From: a virus
Lineage: Duplodnaviria; Caudoviricetes
Virus record (IMG/VR): IMGVR_UViG_3300000203_000003
Coordinates: 1-64,000 of that record
Length of the DNA: 64,000 bases
Reading direction: 5' to 3' (one strand)
Shown one piece after another: positions 9,270 to 17,847 of the stretch; the stretch's first letter is position 1, and each line of letters starts with the position of its first letter. Made by a program: the position numbers and the translations under genes. The notes below the pieces were generated by a model that was not told the origin of the DNA, ran no database searches, and was given only the letters and a program-made list of their open reading frames with translations.

Positions 9270-9463
9270 GAGTTCGGTTTAAGCGCGGCGAATGTCCTGT
9301 TTGGAATTGGATAATCGATTCTACTCCGGATGACCTGATTACGGAGGAATTTGTCGAGAAACTTGGTGGCAAACTATTCTCTGATGACCCGATGACATTC
9401 ACTTATGAAGGAATTGAGTTTGACGCCGAGGCTGACTATACCTGGTTTATGATGAGGATTTGA
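9266..9463 (+). CDS. Small protein, distant member of the F-x-L-R-W family
   Basis: Ends IEFDAEADYTWFMMRI. Confidence 0.55.
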   Translation: MRVRFKRGECPVWNWIIDSTPDDLITEEFVEKLGGKLFSDDPMTFTYEGIEFDAEADYTWFMMRI

Positions 9464-9494
9464 CAAGACACACGGAAGGATACTAAATAGTTAT

Positions 9495-10019
9495 ATGACC
9501 ACACTACAAGAAACAAGTTTAGCCCGAGTATGGCAACACGTTAACAGCGCCAGGCCTGTCGGGATTGTCACTGCTTTCCGCGGAGAATACGACCGAGAAA
9601 CAAATATCCAACGAAACAAAGCATTAGCATCAGATGTTCGCAATCTGGGGTACGGGTTCTTTTTCCTTGATGGATTCTGGGTCGAGAATCAAGGAACCGA
9701 CCATGAGCGTCATGTGTCAGAAGATAGTCTGTTTGTCATCGGTAAAGTGGGACACGATGACACGTTTCTCACTGATATGGTGGCGTTGGCCAACCGCAAT
9801 AACCAAGACGGAGTCCTCGTTAAAACGGTCGACGGCATTAATATTTACGACAAAACCGGCGGCGTCATGTTTGAGCTACATAACTTCGAACCCGGAAAAG
9901 CCGGAGAAATGTATTCAAAACTACGCACCAACCAGAAGGCAAATACCTTTATATTCACTGAGGAACGCGATGATCTTGGGTGGGTTGCAAGGTTAGCTGG
10001 AATTCATAAACAAACTTGA
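9495..10019 (+). CDS. SAM lyase (T3 SAMase)-like protein
   Basis: Colinear motifs TAFR, ETNIQRN, GFWVE, SEDSLFV, QDGVLV, matching my recollection of T3 gp0.3 SAFR, EVNMSRH, GCYRE, EEKTVRV, QDCVLV. Confidence 0.6.
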   Translation: MTTLQETSLARVWQHVNSARPVGIVTAFRGEYDRETNIQRNKALASDVRNLGYGFFFLDGFWVENQGTDHERHVSEDSLFVIGKVGHDDTFLTDMVALANRNNQDGVLVKTVDGINIYDKTGGVMFELHNFEPGKAGEMYSKLRTNQKANTFIFTEERDDLGWVARLAGIHKQT

Positions 10020-10070
10020 CAATAAATCGCTTTGGGTATATAATACACTTATCAACTCGCAAAACGGAAC
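10016..10070 (+). promoter_or_regulatory. Early promoter plus leader cassette (leader shared with 33790..33844)
   Basis: TTGACA-17-TATAAT followed by ATCAACTCGCAAAACGGAAC. Confidence 0.8.
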
Positions 10071-10074
10071 AAAT

Positions 10075-10368
10075 ATGATCTACGTCATCCTCAATAATGT
10101 CACCGGCCAAAAGTACAAAAAGCCGGGTCATTATTGCTCCGCGCAATATGCGTCACAGCAAGGTGCTCGGACCGCAGCAACCAAGCTGAACCGCAAAGCC
10201 GCATCAGGCGGTATCGTGTACGTGGCAATGTCGCAGGAGCAGTTTGAATACTACTACCCGGTGAAAATGGTTGAGCGTGTTAACATCATGACCGGTAAGA
10301 CATTCATGGAAGCCGAAGACACCCCGAACTTCTGCTCCCCGGCTTCGGAATCGTATTGGTCGGCATAG
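10075..10368 (+). CDS. Hypothetical early protein
   Basis: Ends V.RVNIMTGK.FME.EDTP.FCSPASESYWS. Confidence 0.7.
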   Translation: MIYVILNNVTGQKYKKPGHYCSAQYASQQGARTAATKLNRKAASGGIVYVAMSQEQFEYYYPVKMVERVNIMTGKTFMEAEDTPNFCSPASESYWSA

Positions 10369-10375
10369 TCAGTAT

Positions 10376-10404
10376 TTGACATTAAATCAACCCTGTGCTA
10401 TAAT
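10376..10404 (+). promoter_or_regulatory. Early promoter TTGACA-17-TATAAT
   Basis: Consensus match. Confidence 0.8.
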
Positions 10405-10445
10405 AAGCACTTATTCAGTTAGTTAACTTTTCAAAGGAAAGAAAA

Positions 10446-11543
10446 ATGGCATCAGCAGTATCAGACAACCTCACGATCACAAGTGTTCAAGCCCGTGAGG
10501 CGATGCTTGTTGCGTTTAAGGTCAAACGTCCCGTGTTTCTCTGGGGCCCTCCCGGCATCGGCAAGTCTGATGTTGTCGCTGAAATCGGCGCAGAACTCGG
10601 CGGCGCAGTCATTGATTTGCGTATGGCGCAAATGGAACCTACTGACATTCGTGGTATCCCGTTCTTCAACAAAGACAACGGTAAGATGGATTGGGCACCC
10701 CCTGTCGATCTGCCCGACGAGGAATTCGCCGCACAGTATCCCATCGTTATTCTCTTCCTCGATGAAATGAACTCGGCCCCGCCCTCTGTGCAGGCTGCAG
10801 GTTATCAGTTGATTCTGAATCGTCGCGTCGGCAAGTATCGTCTGCCTGACAATGTTGTGATCGTCGCAGCAGGCAATCGTGACAGTGACAAAGGCGTGAC
10901 TTATCGCATGCCGATGCCCCTTGCTAATCGTTTCCTTCACTTGGAAATGCGCCCCGACTTCACATCGTGGCAGACATGGGCAGTTAACAAAGGCATTCAC
11001 AAGGATGTCGTGGGTTATCTGTCGTTCGCCAAGCAGGACATGTACGACTTCAACGCGAAGTCCAGTAGCCGCGCTTTTGCGACCCCGCGCACTTGGTGCT
11101 TCGTCAGCGACTTGCTCCAGGACGAAAATGTCAGTGCTGACACCTTGTTCAATCTGGTGTCTGGCGCAGTCGGCGATGGTCTTGCTGTGAAATTTGCTGC
11201 ACACCGCAAAGTGTCTGGCAAGATGCCCCTCCCCGCAGATATTCTCTCGGGCAAGGTGACTACGCTTGATGTGAAAGAAATCTCGGCGATGTATTCGCTG
11301 ACTGTGGCCTTGTGCTATGAGTTGCGCGATGCTGTTGAAAACAAGAAGTCCAGCAAAGACTTCCATGTGATGGCTGATAACTTTTTCAGCTATATGATGG
11401 CTAACTTTGAAACTGAGTTGGTGGTGATGGGAGCAAAGGTCGCGCTGAAAACATACAAGCTGCCGATCGAGCCCTCGCAACTCAAGAACTTTGACGAGTT
11501 CCACAAGAAATTCGGCAAGTACATTGTCGAAGCAGGCAACTAA
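10446..11543 (+). CDS. MoxR-like AAA+ ATPase
   Basis: GPPGIGKS Walker A, LFLDEMN Walker B, AAGN, LANRF. Confidence 0.88.
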   Translation: MASAVSDNLTITSVQAREAMLVAFKVKRPVFLWGPPGIGKSDVVAEIGAELGGAVIDLRMAQMEPTDIRGIPFFNKDNGKMDWAPPVDLPDEEFAAQYPIVILFLDEMNSAPPSVQAAGYQLILNRRVGKYRLPDNVVIVAAGNRDSDKGVTYRMPMPLANRFLHLEMRPDFTSWQTWAVNKGIHKDVVGYLSFAKQDMYDFNAKSSSRAFATPRTWCFVSDLLQDENVSADTLFNLVSGAVGDGLAVKFAAHRKVSGKMPLPADILSGKVTTLDVKEISAMYSLTVALCYELRDAVENKKSSKDFHVMADNFFSYMMANFETELVVMGAKVALKTYKLPIEPSQLKNFDEFHKKFGKYIVEAGN

Positions 11544-11544
11544 G

Positions 11545-11593
11545 AAATGGGGCTTAGGCCCCATTTGACTTTAAATCGCCCCTGTGTTATAAT
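11545..11593 (+). promoter_or_regulatory. Hairpin terminator overlapping early promoter (TTGACT-17-TATAAT)
   Basis: AAATGGGGC-TTAG-GCCCCATTT followed by promoter. Confidence 0.65.
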
Positions 11594-11620
11594 ACATTCT
11601 GAATCGAATAAAGGAACAAA

Positions 11621-12928
11621 ATGGCAGTCGCAAACACTACGCTAAATCAGCCCAAAAAGCAGAAAAAGCTTCGGTCCAAAAAGTATGAAAATCTCATTGG
11701 TCCCTGCGACCCAAAGATTGACTTTCAAGCGCGTGAGCGCCTTGTCACTGCCCGCATTGGTCTGTTGCTGCGTCACTCTTTCTTCGGCAATCTCGCAACC
11801 CGTCTCAAACTGATTAACGCCGATGAGTGGTGTTCAACAGCCGCAACTGACGGGCTGAACTTCTATTACAACAGTCGCTTCATCATGCTCCTGAAGGTCA
11901 AGGAAGTTGAATTCCTTGTAGGGCATGAGGTGCTCCACGTTGTGTATGATCATATGGGTCGGCGTATGAGCCGTGATCCGCAAATGTGGAACATCGCGGA
12001 CGACTATGTTGTTAACGCGGACCTGAAACGTCACAAGATTGGGCAGTTCATTACCTCTGTTCCTTGTCTCTACGAACAAAAGTATGACGGCAAATGCGCT
12101 GAGGAAGTCTATGACGACCTGATGAAGAATGTCCAGAAGATCAGCATCGATGACCTCATTGATCAAATGCTTGACGATCACATGGAAGGTGATCAGCCCG
12201 GTGACGGCGATGAAGATGGCGACAAAGATGGCAAGGGCAAAGGCAAGGGTCGTCCTCAACTGTCTGACGAGGAGCGTGAGCGTATTCGTCAGGAAGTCAA
12301 GCAGGCTATCATCAGTGCTGCTCAAGGGTCTGATGCAGGTTCACTGCCTGCAGGTGTCGAGCGTCTGGTCCGTGATATCACTGACCCTGTTATGCCCTGG
12401 CGCGAACTGCTCCAGACAAATCTGACAAGTGCTATCCGCAACGATTACAGCTGGACTCGTCCCAGTCGTCGTTCTTGGCACATGGATGCTATCATGCCCG
12501 GCATGACGCCCGGCGAAGAGATTGATGTGACTGTCGCGCTTGACTTGTCAGGTTCTATCAGTGAGCGCCAAGCTTCAAACTTTCTAGGTGAAATCGCAGG
12601 CATGATGGGATCGTTTGCAGGCTACAAGGTGCATGTGTTTTGCTTCGACACCAAGACATACAATCCTGCTGACTTTGACAGCGACAACATGGACACCATC
12701 GAGGAATATGTTCCCGAAGGTGGCGGCGGCACTGACTTCGATTGTATCTTTGACTACCTCAAAGACAACGATATCAGCCCGAAACGTCTGATTGTGTTCA
12801 CTGATGGCTACCCCTGCGGCAGCTGGGGCGATGCTGAATACTGCGACACTACTTGGATCATTCACGGTGATCGTGACCCGCATCCCCCGTTCGGCACGTT
12901 TGCTCTTTACGACAATAAGACAGAATGA
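11621..12928 (+). CDS. HExxH metallopeptidase plus VWA domain protein (MoxR partner)
   Basis: TAATDG, HEVLH, DLSGSI MIDAS, GGGGTDF, FTDG. Confidence 0.85.
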   Translation: MAVANTTLNQPKKQKKLRSKKYENLIGPCDPKIDFQARERLVTARIGLLLRHSFFGNLATRLKLINADEWCSTAATDGLNFYYNSRFIMLLKVKEVEFLVGHEVLHVVYDHMGRRMSRDPQMWNIADDYVVNADLKRHKIGQFITSVPCLYEQKYDGKCAEEVYDDLMKNVQKISIDDLIDQMLDDHMEGDQPGDGDEDGDKDGKGKGKGRPQLSDEERERIRQEVKQAIISAAQGSDAGSLPAGVERLVRDITDPVMPWRELLQTNLTSAIRNDYSWTRPSRRSWHMDAIMPGMTPGEEIDVTVALDLSGSISERQASNFLGEIAGMMGSFAGYKVHVFCFDTKTYNPADFDSDNMDTIEEYVPEGGGGTDFDCIFDYLKDNDISPKRLIVFTDGYPCGSWGDAEYCDTTWIIHGDRDPHPPFGTFALYDNKTE

Positions 12929-13035
12929 CCGCGATTGAGTATATTCTGATGACAGCAGTGGCAGGTCTCGGCCTGTCACTATTAGTCCGGGTAGTATATT
13001 GGGCAATAGAATATGTCGATGATAAAATCGATTGA
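12925..13035 (+). CDS. 36-aa single-TM peptide (not in ORF track)
   Basis: MTAIEYILMTAVAGLGLSLLVRVVYWAIEYVDDKID; ATGA overlap. Confidence 0.45.
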   Translation: MTAIEYILMTAVAGLGLSLLVRVVYWAIEYVDDKID

Positions 13036-13258
13036 GGAAGTGACCATATTCGAATCGCCGGATGGTGGTAAGACAATCTTCGCCCGCAAGTCCGGATCAG
13101 TTGATCGTGAAATGATCTATCAGGACCCTAGTGTCCATTACATAGCGCGATGGTATGAATGGAAAGAGATCCTACGCGCCGCAGATGATAACGTCACGCT
13201 CAATGATCTAATTAAAAGAGTAGAGGAAGTCTATGCGCTTGTCAAAGACAACCCGTAA
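13013..13258 (+). CDS. Hypothetical protein
   Basis: IFESPDGGKT motif. Confidence 0.7.
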   Translation: MSMIKSIEEVTIFESPDGGKTIFARKSGSVDREMIYQDPSVHYIARWYEWKEILRAADDNVTLNDLIKRVEEVYALVKDNP

Positions 13259-13605
13259 GTTTCTGGCAGTGTGGTGCTGCGACGGGTTAGAAACGTTGTG
13301 CGACCTAACGGAACTTGAGCGCCGGCAGAACGACTGGGAAAAAGAAGAACCCTGGCGCATCCTCAAGGGAGGAACAACATCGCAACAAACCTGAGGGCCC
13401 GCGCCTACAGTCGATATTGGTGCGCGCCAAGGTCAACAGTCAGCGCCAGTATGAGGTTTATATCTTCAACACTGAAGGCATGACAAAGGAAGATGTAGCG
13501 CAGACGTTTGAGGAAGAACCGCAGTTTATGGCAGACTTCATCCGACTGAATGGCTCAAAAATCTACTCAGATTACTATCCCAAACATAAACGAGTTATTG
13601 AATAA
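13233..13605 (+). pseudogene. Hypothetical gene apparently split by a +1 frameshift at AAGGGAGG (13365-13372)
   Basis: ATG13233 with SD reads MRLSKTTRKFLAVW..WRILK and stops at 13394; the +1 frame continues EEQH..RAKVNSQRQYEVYIF. Confidence 0.5.
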
Positions 13606-13668
13606 AATATTTTAACACCGCTTTTCTCTGTTAAATAGTTTAAAGCATATTTACGAAGGAGAAAGAAT

Positions 13669-14358
13669 ATGAGTTTTACACGACATGTTGGACGCCACGG
13701 TGACCGCAAAGTAGCAGTAGTTTTCCGTGAGATACCAGGCGAGCCACATATGTGCTTGGTTACTTATACCGAAACAATCAATCAGCATATCCATGATCCG
13801 TTGATCAAGTGCATTGACAGTGATATCGGTCAGAACAGCGAAAATCTTGCTGATGCCCTAAATCGGACATACGCACAAGACGGCAGACCTATTTTACAGG
13901 TCCTGCACATGGAAGGTCAGTTGAAGAAGGTTCAGACAGCGGCGATTGTTATGACACCTAATCCTAACACAAAGATCAAGTTGGATGAACTGAACACAAT
14001 GCTTGACGAAATGAAGCTCGGTGAAGCTGCCGTGAAGAAAATGGCAGACATGGACAAGAGCATGGGTATGCAGTCGCCGGGCGAAGTCGCCAAGCGTATG
14101 CGTGTGCCTGAAGCAGCCGTGACCGCAGCAGGCGATGACGTTCTTGGTGACGCATCACTGGCTAAGCAACGTATCGCACAAGCTACTAAGATGGCAGCAG
14201 AAGCAAAAGGATTGCTTGCTGAATCTGAACGACTGATGGCAGAAGCAGCCACACTTGATCCGACAACAGCGCCTGCAAAGGTAAAGAAAGTGTCACCTGC
14301 AGCGGTAGAAGTCACCACTAAACGCAAGTATGTTCGGAAAGTAGCGAATGTCACCTGA
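13669..14358 (+). CDS. Hypothetical protein (late promoter upstream)
   Basis: TAAATA near 13632, AAGGAG SD. Confidence 0.75.
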   Translation: MSFTRHVGRHGDRKVAVVFREIPGEPHMCLVTYTETINQHIHDPLIKCIDSDIGQNSENLADALNRTYAQDGRPILQVLHMEGQLKKVQTAAIVMTPNPNTKIKLDELNTMLDEMKLGEAAVKKMADMDKSMGMQSPGEVAKRMRVPEAAVTAAGDDVLGDASLAKQRIAQATKMAAEAKGLLAESERLMAEAATLDPTTAPAKVKKVSPAAVEVTTKRKYVRKVANVT

Positions 14359-14644
14359 ATTTGTCGCTAAGTGGGAACACATTCTTGCTGACGTAGAGAA
14401 GAATAAGATTCCCATTCAGTTCATTAAGAAGTTGGTTATTCGGTTACAAGGCAAAAAGCAACAAACTGTTAATATTCACAACTTACTAAAGCAAGGGCTT
14501 GAACCTGAACAAGTTGAAGAGGTGTTGAACAGAAAACTTGAAGAACTGGACGAAATTATTGTCAGTGTCGAGTTTATTCTTAACGTCGAATCAATCGCAG
14601 AAACGGTACAGCCCCTTACTGACGAGATGCTGAAAAATCTATAA
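14348..14644 (+). CDS. Hypothetical protein
   Basis: Overlapping coupled ORF. Confidence 0.7.
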   Translation: MSPEFVAKWEHILADVEKNKIPIQFIKKLVIRLQGKKQQTVNIHNLLKQGLEPEQVEEVLNRKLEELDEIIVSVEFILNVESIAETVQPLTDEMLKNL

Positions 14645-14673
14645 TGTGGACTTTATTATTAATAGGAGTCAAT

Positions 14674-15291
14674 CTAATCTTCGCGTTGATTTGTATGAAG
14701 TCTCCACCCGTGGATAGATGACTGCTTGCCCTTAATTACTCTACTAAGATTGCCTGCCTCAATGTTGTGTTTCATTCGGAACTCATATTGAGGCATTCTT
14801 ATTACTTCTCCCGATCGTATATTCTCAAACCGGTATACAGTAGAATCAAACCGTGGATTTTTATCAGGGGAATAGTCTACTCGCCTCATGTAATGATTTA
14901 CTCCCGAGAATTTGTCCTTCACATCTTGTTTAGTCGCAGGATTATTGTTACCACGCAGTTTATCCTTTGAACTCTCCTGCCAAACAATGTTAGAAGCACC
15001 TTCACCACCGTCAGTTTTATTTCGGAGTATTCCTGTGTTAATGTCCTTGCGGCCATACCACCTTATTAACCGACGCTCAATCGCAAATGCCCCAATTTCA
15101 GAAAGATTTGTTTCGTGGATTACAATTCTTCTTTCGTCTTTCGGGGTCCAAACCCCCTTGCCGGATTTCCTATGTTGTTGCCATGCCCGAACGCCGGAAC
15201 CCTTGCCTATATAGTAAGGAGTATGATCCTCACGAAGATAGGCATAAGTATAAAATCCTTCTGGTGGGTGATTTCTTGAATAAATAGTCAT
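14674..15291 (-). CDS. GIY-YIG homing endonuclease
   Basis: [31 protein letters not shown]; C-terminal HTH-like domain. Confidence 0.85.
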   Translation of the reverse strand: MTIYSRNHPPEGFYTYAYLREDHTPYYIGKGSGVRAWQQHRKSGKGVWTPKDERRIVIHETNLSEIGAFAIERRLIRWYGRKDINTGILRNKTDGGEGASNIVWQESSKDKLRGNNNPATKQDVKDKFSGVNHYMRRVDYSPDKNPRFDSTVYRFENIRSGEVIRMPQYEFRMKHNIEAGNLSRVIKGKQSSIHGWRLHTNQRED

Positions 15292-15357
15292 GCTGATGCT
15301 CCTCTAAAGCGTTAGAGAGGGCGGGAATGTCCGTTCCGTGGCTCTCACTTTTATTTA
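15281..15357 (+). ncRNA. HEG-leader module copy A (candidate antisense sRNA between convergent TAAATA promoters)
   Basis: TAAATA..CTGATGCT/AGCGTTAG..GAGGGC-G-GGAA/TTCC-GTG-GCTCTC..ACTTTTATTTA. Confidence 0.7.
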
Positions 15358-15403
15358 GTCCACTTTGCTTGCGTTTCACCATAACTAATGATATAATCAA
15401 TAC

Positions 15404-16336
15404 ATGATTCAATATTTAAATTTATTACAGGATATTTTGGACAATGGGGAAGAAAAGAGTGATCGCACAGGCGTAGGCACCATATCAGTCTTTAGCAGAC
15501 AAATTAGGTTTGATTTAAGGAAAGGCTTCCCGGCTGTTACCACGAAAAAGCTGGCTTGGAAAGCAGTAGTCAGCGAACTACTCTGGTTTCTGGAAGGATC
15601 AGGTGACGAAGGCCGGTTACGGGAAATCCTATACGGCAGCCGTGATGCGAAAACTGATCATGGTGTCGCCAAGAAAACAATCTGGAGTGATAACGCTAAT
15701 GCTCCGTACTGGCAACCTCATTCAAAGTACCCCGGCGATCTAGGCAGAGTATACGGAGTTCAATGGAGACATTGGCGCGGTAAAGTAGTCACTGCTGATC
15801 CTGAATTTACGCATGTTCACGACTCCAGACTTGCCGGCGTGGTGAATGTTAAGCGACAACAGATAGACCAACTCACTACTCTTATTGAAGGATTAAAGAA
15901 CGATCCTAACGGCAGACGGCATATTCTGACAGCATGGAATCCCGGCGAGTTAGATCAAATGGCTCTGCCGCCCTGTCATGTAATGAGTCAGTTCTATGTC
16001 AACAAGAATAAAGAACTAAGCTGCCACATGTATCAACGCTCTGTGGATGTTTTCCTCGGCCTCCCGTTTAATATCGCATCGTATGCTCTGCTGACACATT
16101 TGCTGGCTCAAGTATGTGGATTGAAAGTGGGCGAGTTGATCATCAGCACCGGAGATACTCACATCTACAAAAATCATGTAGAGCAAGTTAAAGAACAGTT
16201 AAGCAGAACACCACTTACTCTTCCTACTCTGTTCACAAACCCTCCTATACTGGATATTACAAAGTTCACCATGGATGACATTCATTTAATGGATTATAAA
16301 AGTTATGACACCATCAAAGCAGAAATGGCAGTATAA
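15404..16336 (+). CDS. thyA: Thymidylate synthase
   Basis: DRTGVGT, ELLWFL.G, LG.VYG.QWR, MALPPCH, YQRS.D.FLGLPFNIASY. Confidence 0.97.
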   Translation: MIQYLNLLQDILDNGEEKSDRTGVGTISVFSRQIRFDLRKGFPAVTTKKLAWKAVVSELLWFLEGSGDEGRLREILYGSRDAKTDHGVAKKTIWSDNANAPYWQPHSKYPGDLGRVYGVQWRHWRGKVVTADPEFTHVHDSRLAGVVNVKRQQIDQLTTLIEGLKNDPNGRRHILTAWNPGELDQMALPPCHVMSQFYVNKNKELSCHMYQRSVDVFLGLPFNIASYALLTHLLAQVCGLKVGELIISTGDTHIYKNHVEQVKEQLSRTPLTLPTLFTNPPILDITKFTMDDIHLMDYKSYDTIKAEMAV

Positions 16337-16607
16337 TGTTCGGGTTATCGACGGCAAGCATGTCGTTGACAGCGAGATGGTTGTCCATCGCTTTACGGTT
16401 CCCTGGTCAGAAGACGCGGTATTGACTGCCGGCGCACCATTATGGGAGTGGGAACAAAGTGAAGCAGGTAAGTGGGTGATGGAACATGCAGTTGAGAAGC
16501 CGCGCTGGGAACGCTACACAGAACCGGTGGCCCTCAATGAAAGATTTGTTATAATAGCACGGCTCACTGCTCAGGATCAAACATATTTTAGATTGGCATA
16601 CGAATGA
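16305..16607 (+). CDS. Hypothetical protein, distantly F-x-L-R-W-like
   Basis: WEQSEAGKWVMEHA..ARLT..DQTYFRL; start uncertain. Confidence 0.55.
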   Translation: MTPSKQKWQYNVRVIDGKHVVDSEMVVHRFTVPWSEDAVLTAGAPLWEWEQSEAGKWVMEHAVEKPRWERYTEPVALNERFVIIARLTAQDQTYFRLAYE

Positions 16608-17566
16608 AGATTTTAGTAACAGGCGGTCTGGGCCTTATCGGACACAATGTAGTCGCACGATTAGAACAACAGGGGCATGATGTTGTGATTTTTGATACGC
16701 GAACAACATACGGAATCATCCCGCAAGATGAACTTGATTATCTGATGGAAGAACGATTGAAGAAGATCAAAGCTTACTTAATCTTCCGTACGGACATCTC
16801 CGGCGACAGTGCTTGCAGAATCATTCAGTCATATCGACCTGAGGTGGTGATGCACCTAGCAAGCTTCCCCAGACAGAAAGTTGTCAACAACAATCCGCAA
16901 CTTGGATCAAAGACAATGAGCGAGGGACTTTTGAATCTCCTCGAGGCGAGTGTCCAGGCGAAGGTTAAACGCTTCATGTATATCAGCAGCAGCATGGTCT
17001 ACGGTGACTTTACTGATGATGTACGTGAGGATTATGATTGTCGCCCACAGGGACAATACGGCATTATGAAATATGCTGGTGAGTTGCTTGTCAAAGACTA
17101 CACTAGGAAGCATGGTATGGCTCATACGATCATCCGACCAAGCGCGGTATACGGTCCGCTTGATGTGGAGGATCGCGTCATTGCGAAGTTTATGCTTCAG
17201 GCAATGCGTGGTGAAACGCTCAAAGTAAATGGATCAAACGAAACTCTGGACTTCACTTATGTCCAGGATGCCGCAGATGGATTCGTTGCAGCGGCCCTAA
17301 GTGATGCGACAGTTAACAGAACATACAACATCACCAAGAGCCATTCCAGGACGCTACTTGAGGCAGCGGAACTTGCCGTGAAGATCGTCGGAAAGGGAAA
17401 CATCGAGGTTCGTGGTAAGGACGCTGACTTCCCGAGTCGAGGTGCTCTGAACATCGATGCTGCTCGTCGAGACTTTGGATTCGACCCAAAAATAGATGTA
17501 GAAGAAGGCTTCCAGAAGTATTACGACTGGCTTTCAACATCACCATATTGGCAGAGCAGAATATGA
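16604..17566 (+). CDS. NAD-dependent epimerase/dehydratase
   Basis: VTGGLGLIG, SSSMVYG, YGIMK, RPSAVYGP, DFTYV.D. Confidence 0.9.
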   Translation: MKILVTGGLGLIGHNVVARLEQQGHDVVIFDTRTTYGIIPQDELDYLMEERLKKIKAYLIFRTDISGDSACRIIQSYRPEVVMHLASFPRQKVVNNNPQLGSKTMSEGLLNLLEASVQAKVKRFMYISSSMVYGDFTDDVREDYDCRPQGQYGIMKYAGELLVKDYTRKHGMAHTIIRPSAVYGPLDVEDRVIAKFMLQAMRGETLKVNGSNETLDFTYVQDAADGFVAAALSDATVNRTYNITKSHSRTLLEAAELAVKIVGKGNIEVRGKDADFPSRGALNIDAARRDFGFDPKIDVEEGFQKYYDWLSTSPYWQSRI

Positions 17567-17847
17567 AAACCGGAGTAAGAGGAACAACGACGGTTGACGC
17601 CGCATACTTCTATGCGCCCTACATACCATTAATGAAAAAACCTAAATATAGTTTCTCCCGGGCGAAATGGTATGTGGCAGAATTTGATCTTAAAGATTAT
17701 GACGAAGTTCGTCAATGGTGTTCGACACAGTTTGGTAAACATGACGGATGTACAGATGCATGGAGTCGTTGGTGGCATCGGTATGAAACAAGCATACACT
17801 TCCGTGATCAAAAAGATTATGTTCTGTTTATGTTAAGATGGTCATGA
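17563..17847 (+). CDS. F-x-L-R-W family protein with N-terminal capsid-like peptide
   Basis: Begins GVRGTTTVDAAYFYAPYIPLM; ends FRDQKDYVLFMLRWS. Confidence 0.7.
   Translation: MKTGVRGTTTVDAAYFYAPYIPLMKKPKYSFSRAKWYVAEFDLKDYDEVRQWCSTQFGKHDGCTDAWSRWWHRYETSIHFRDQKDYVLFMLRWS

Noticed and set aside
10461-11564. 367-aa ORF antisense to the MoxR ATPase
   Set aside because: Shadow of strong codon bias; no motifs, promoter or SD
14674-16336. Group I intron in thyA or other core genes
   Set aside because: thyA, terL, uvsX, primase and helicase are uninterrupted; the HEGs are free-standing
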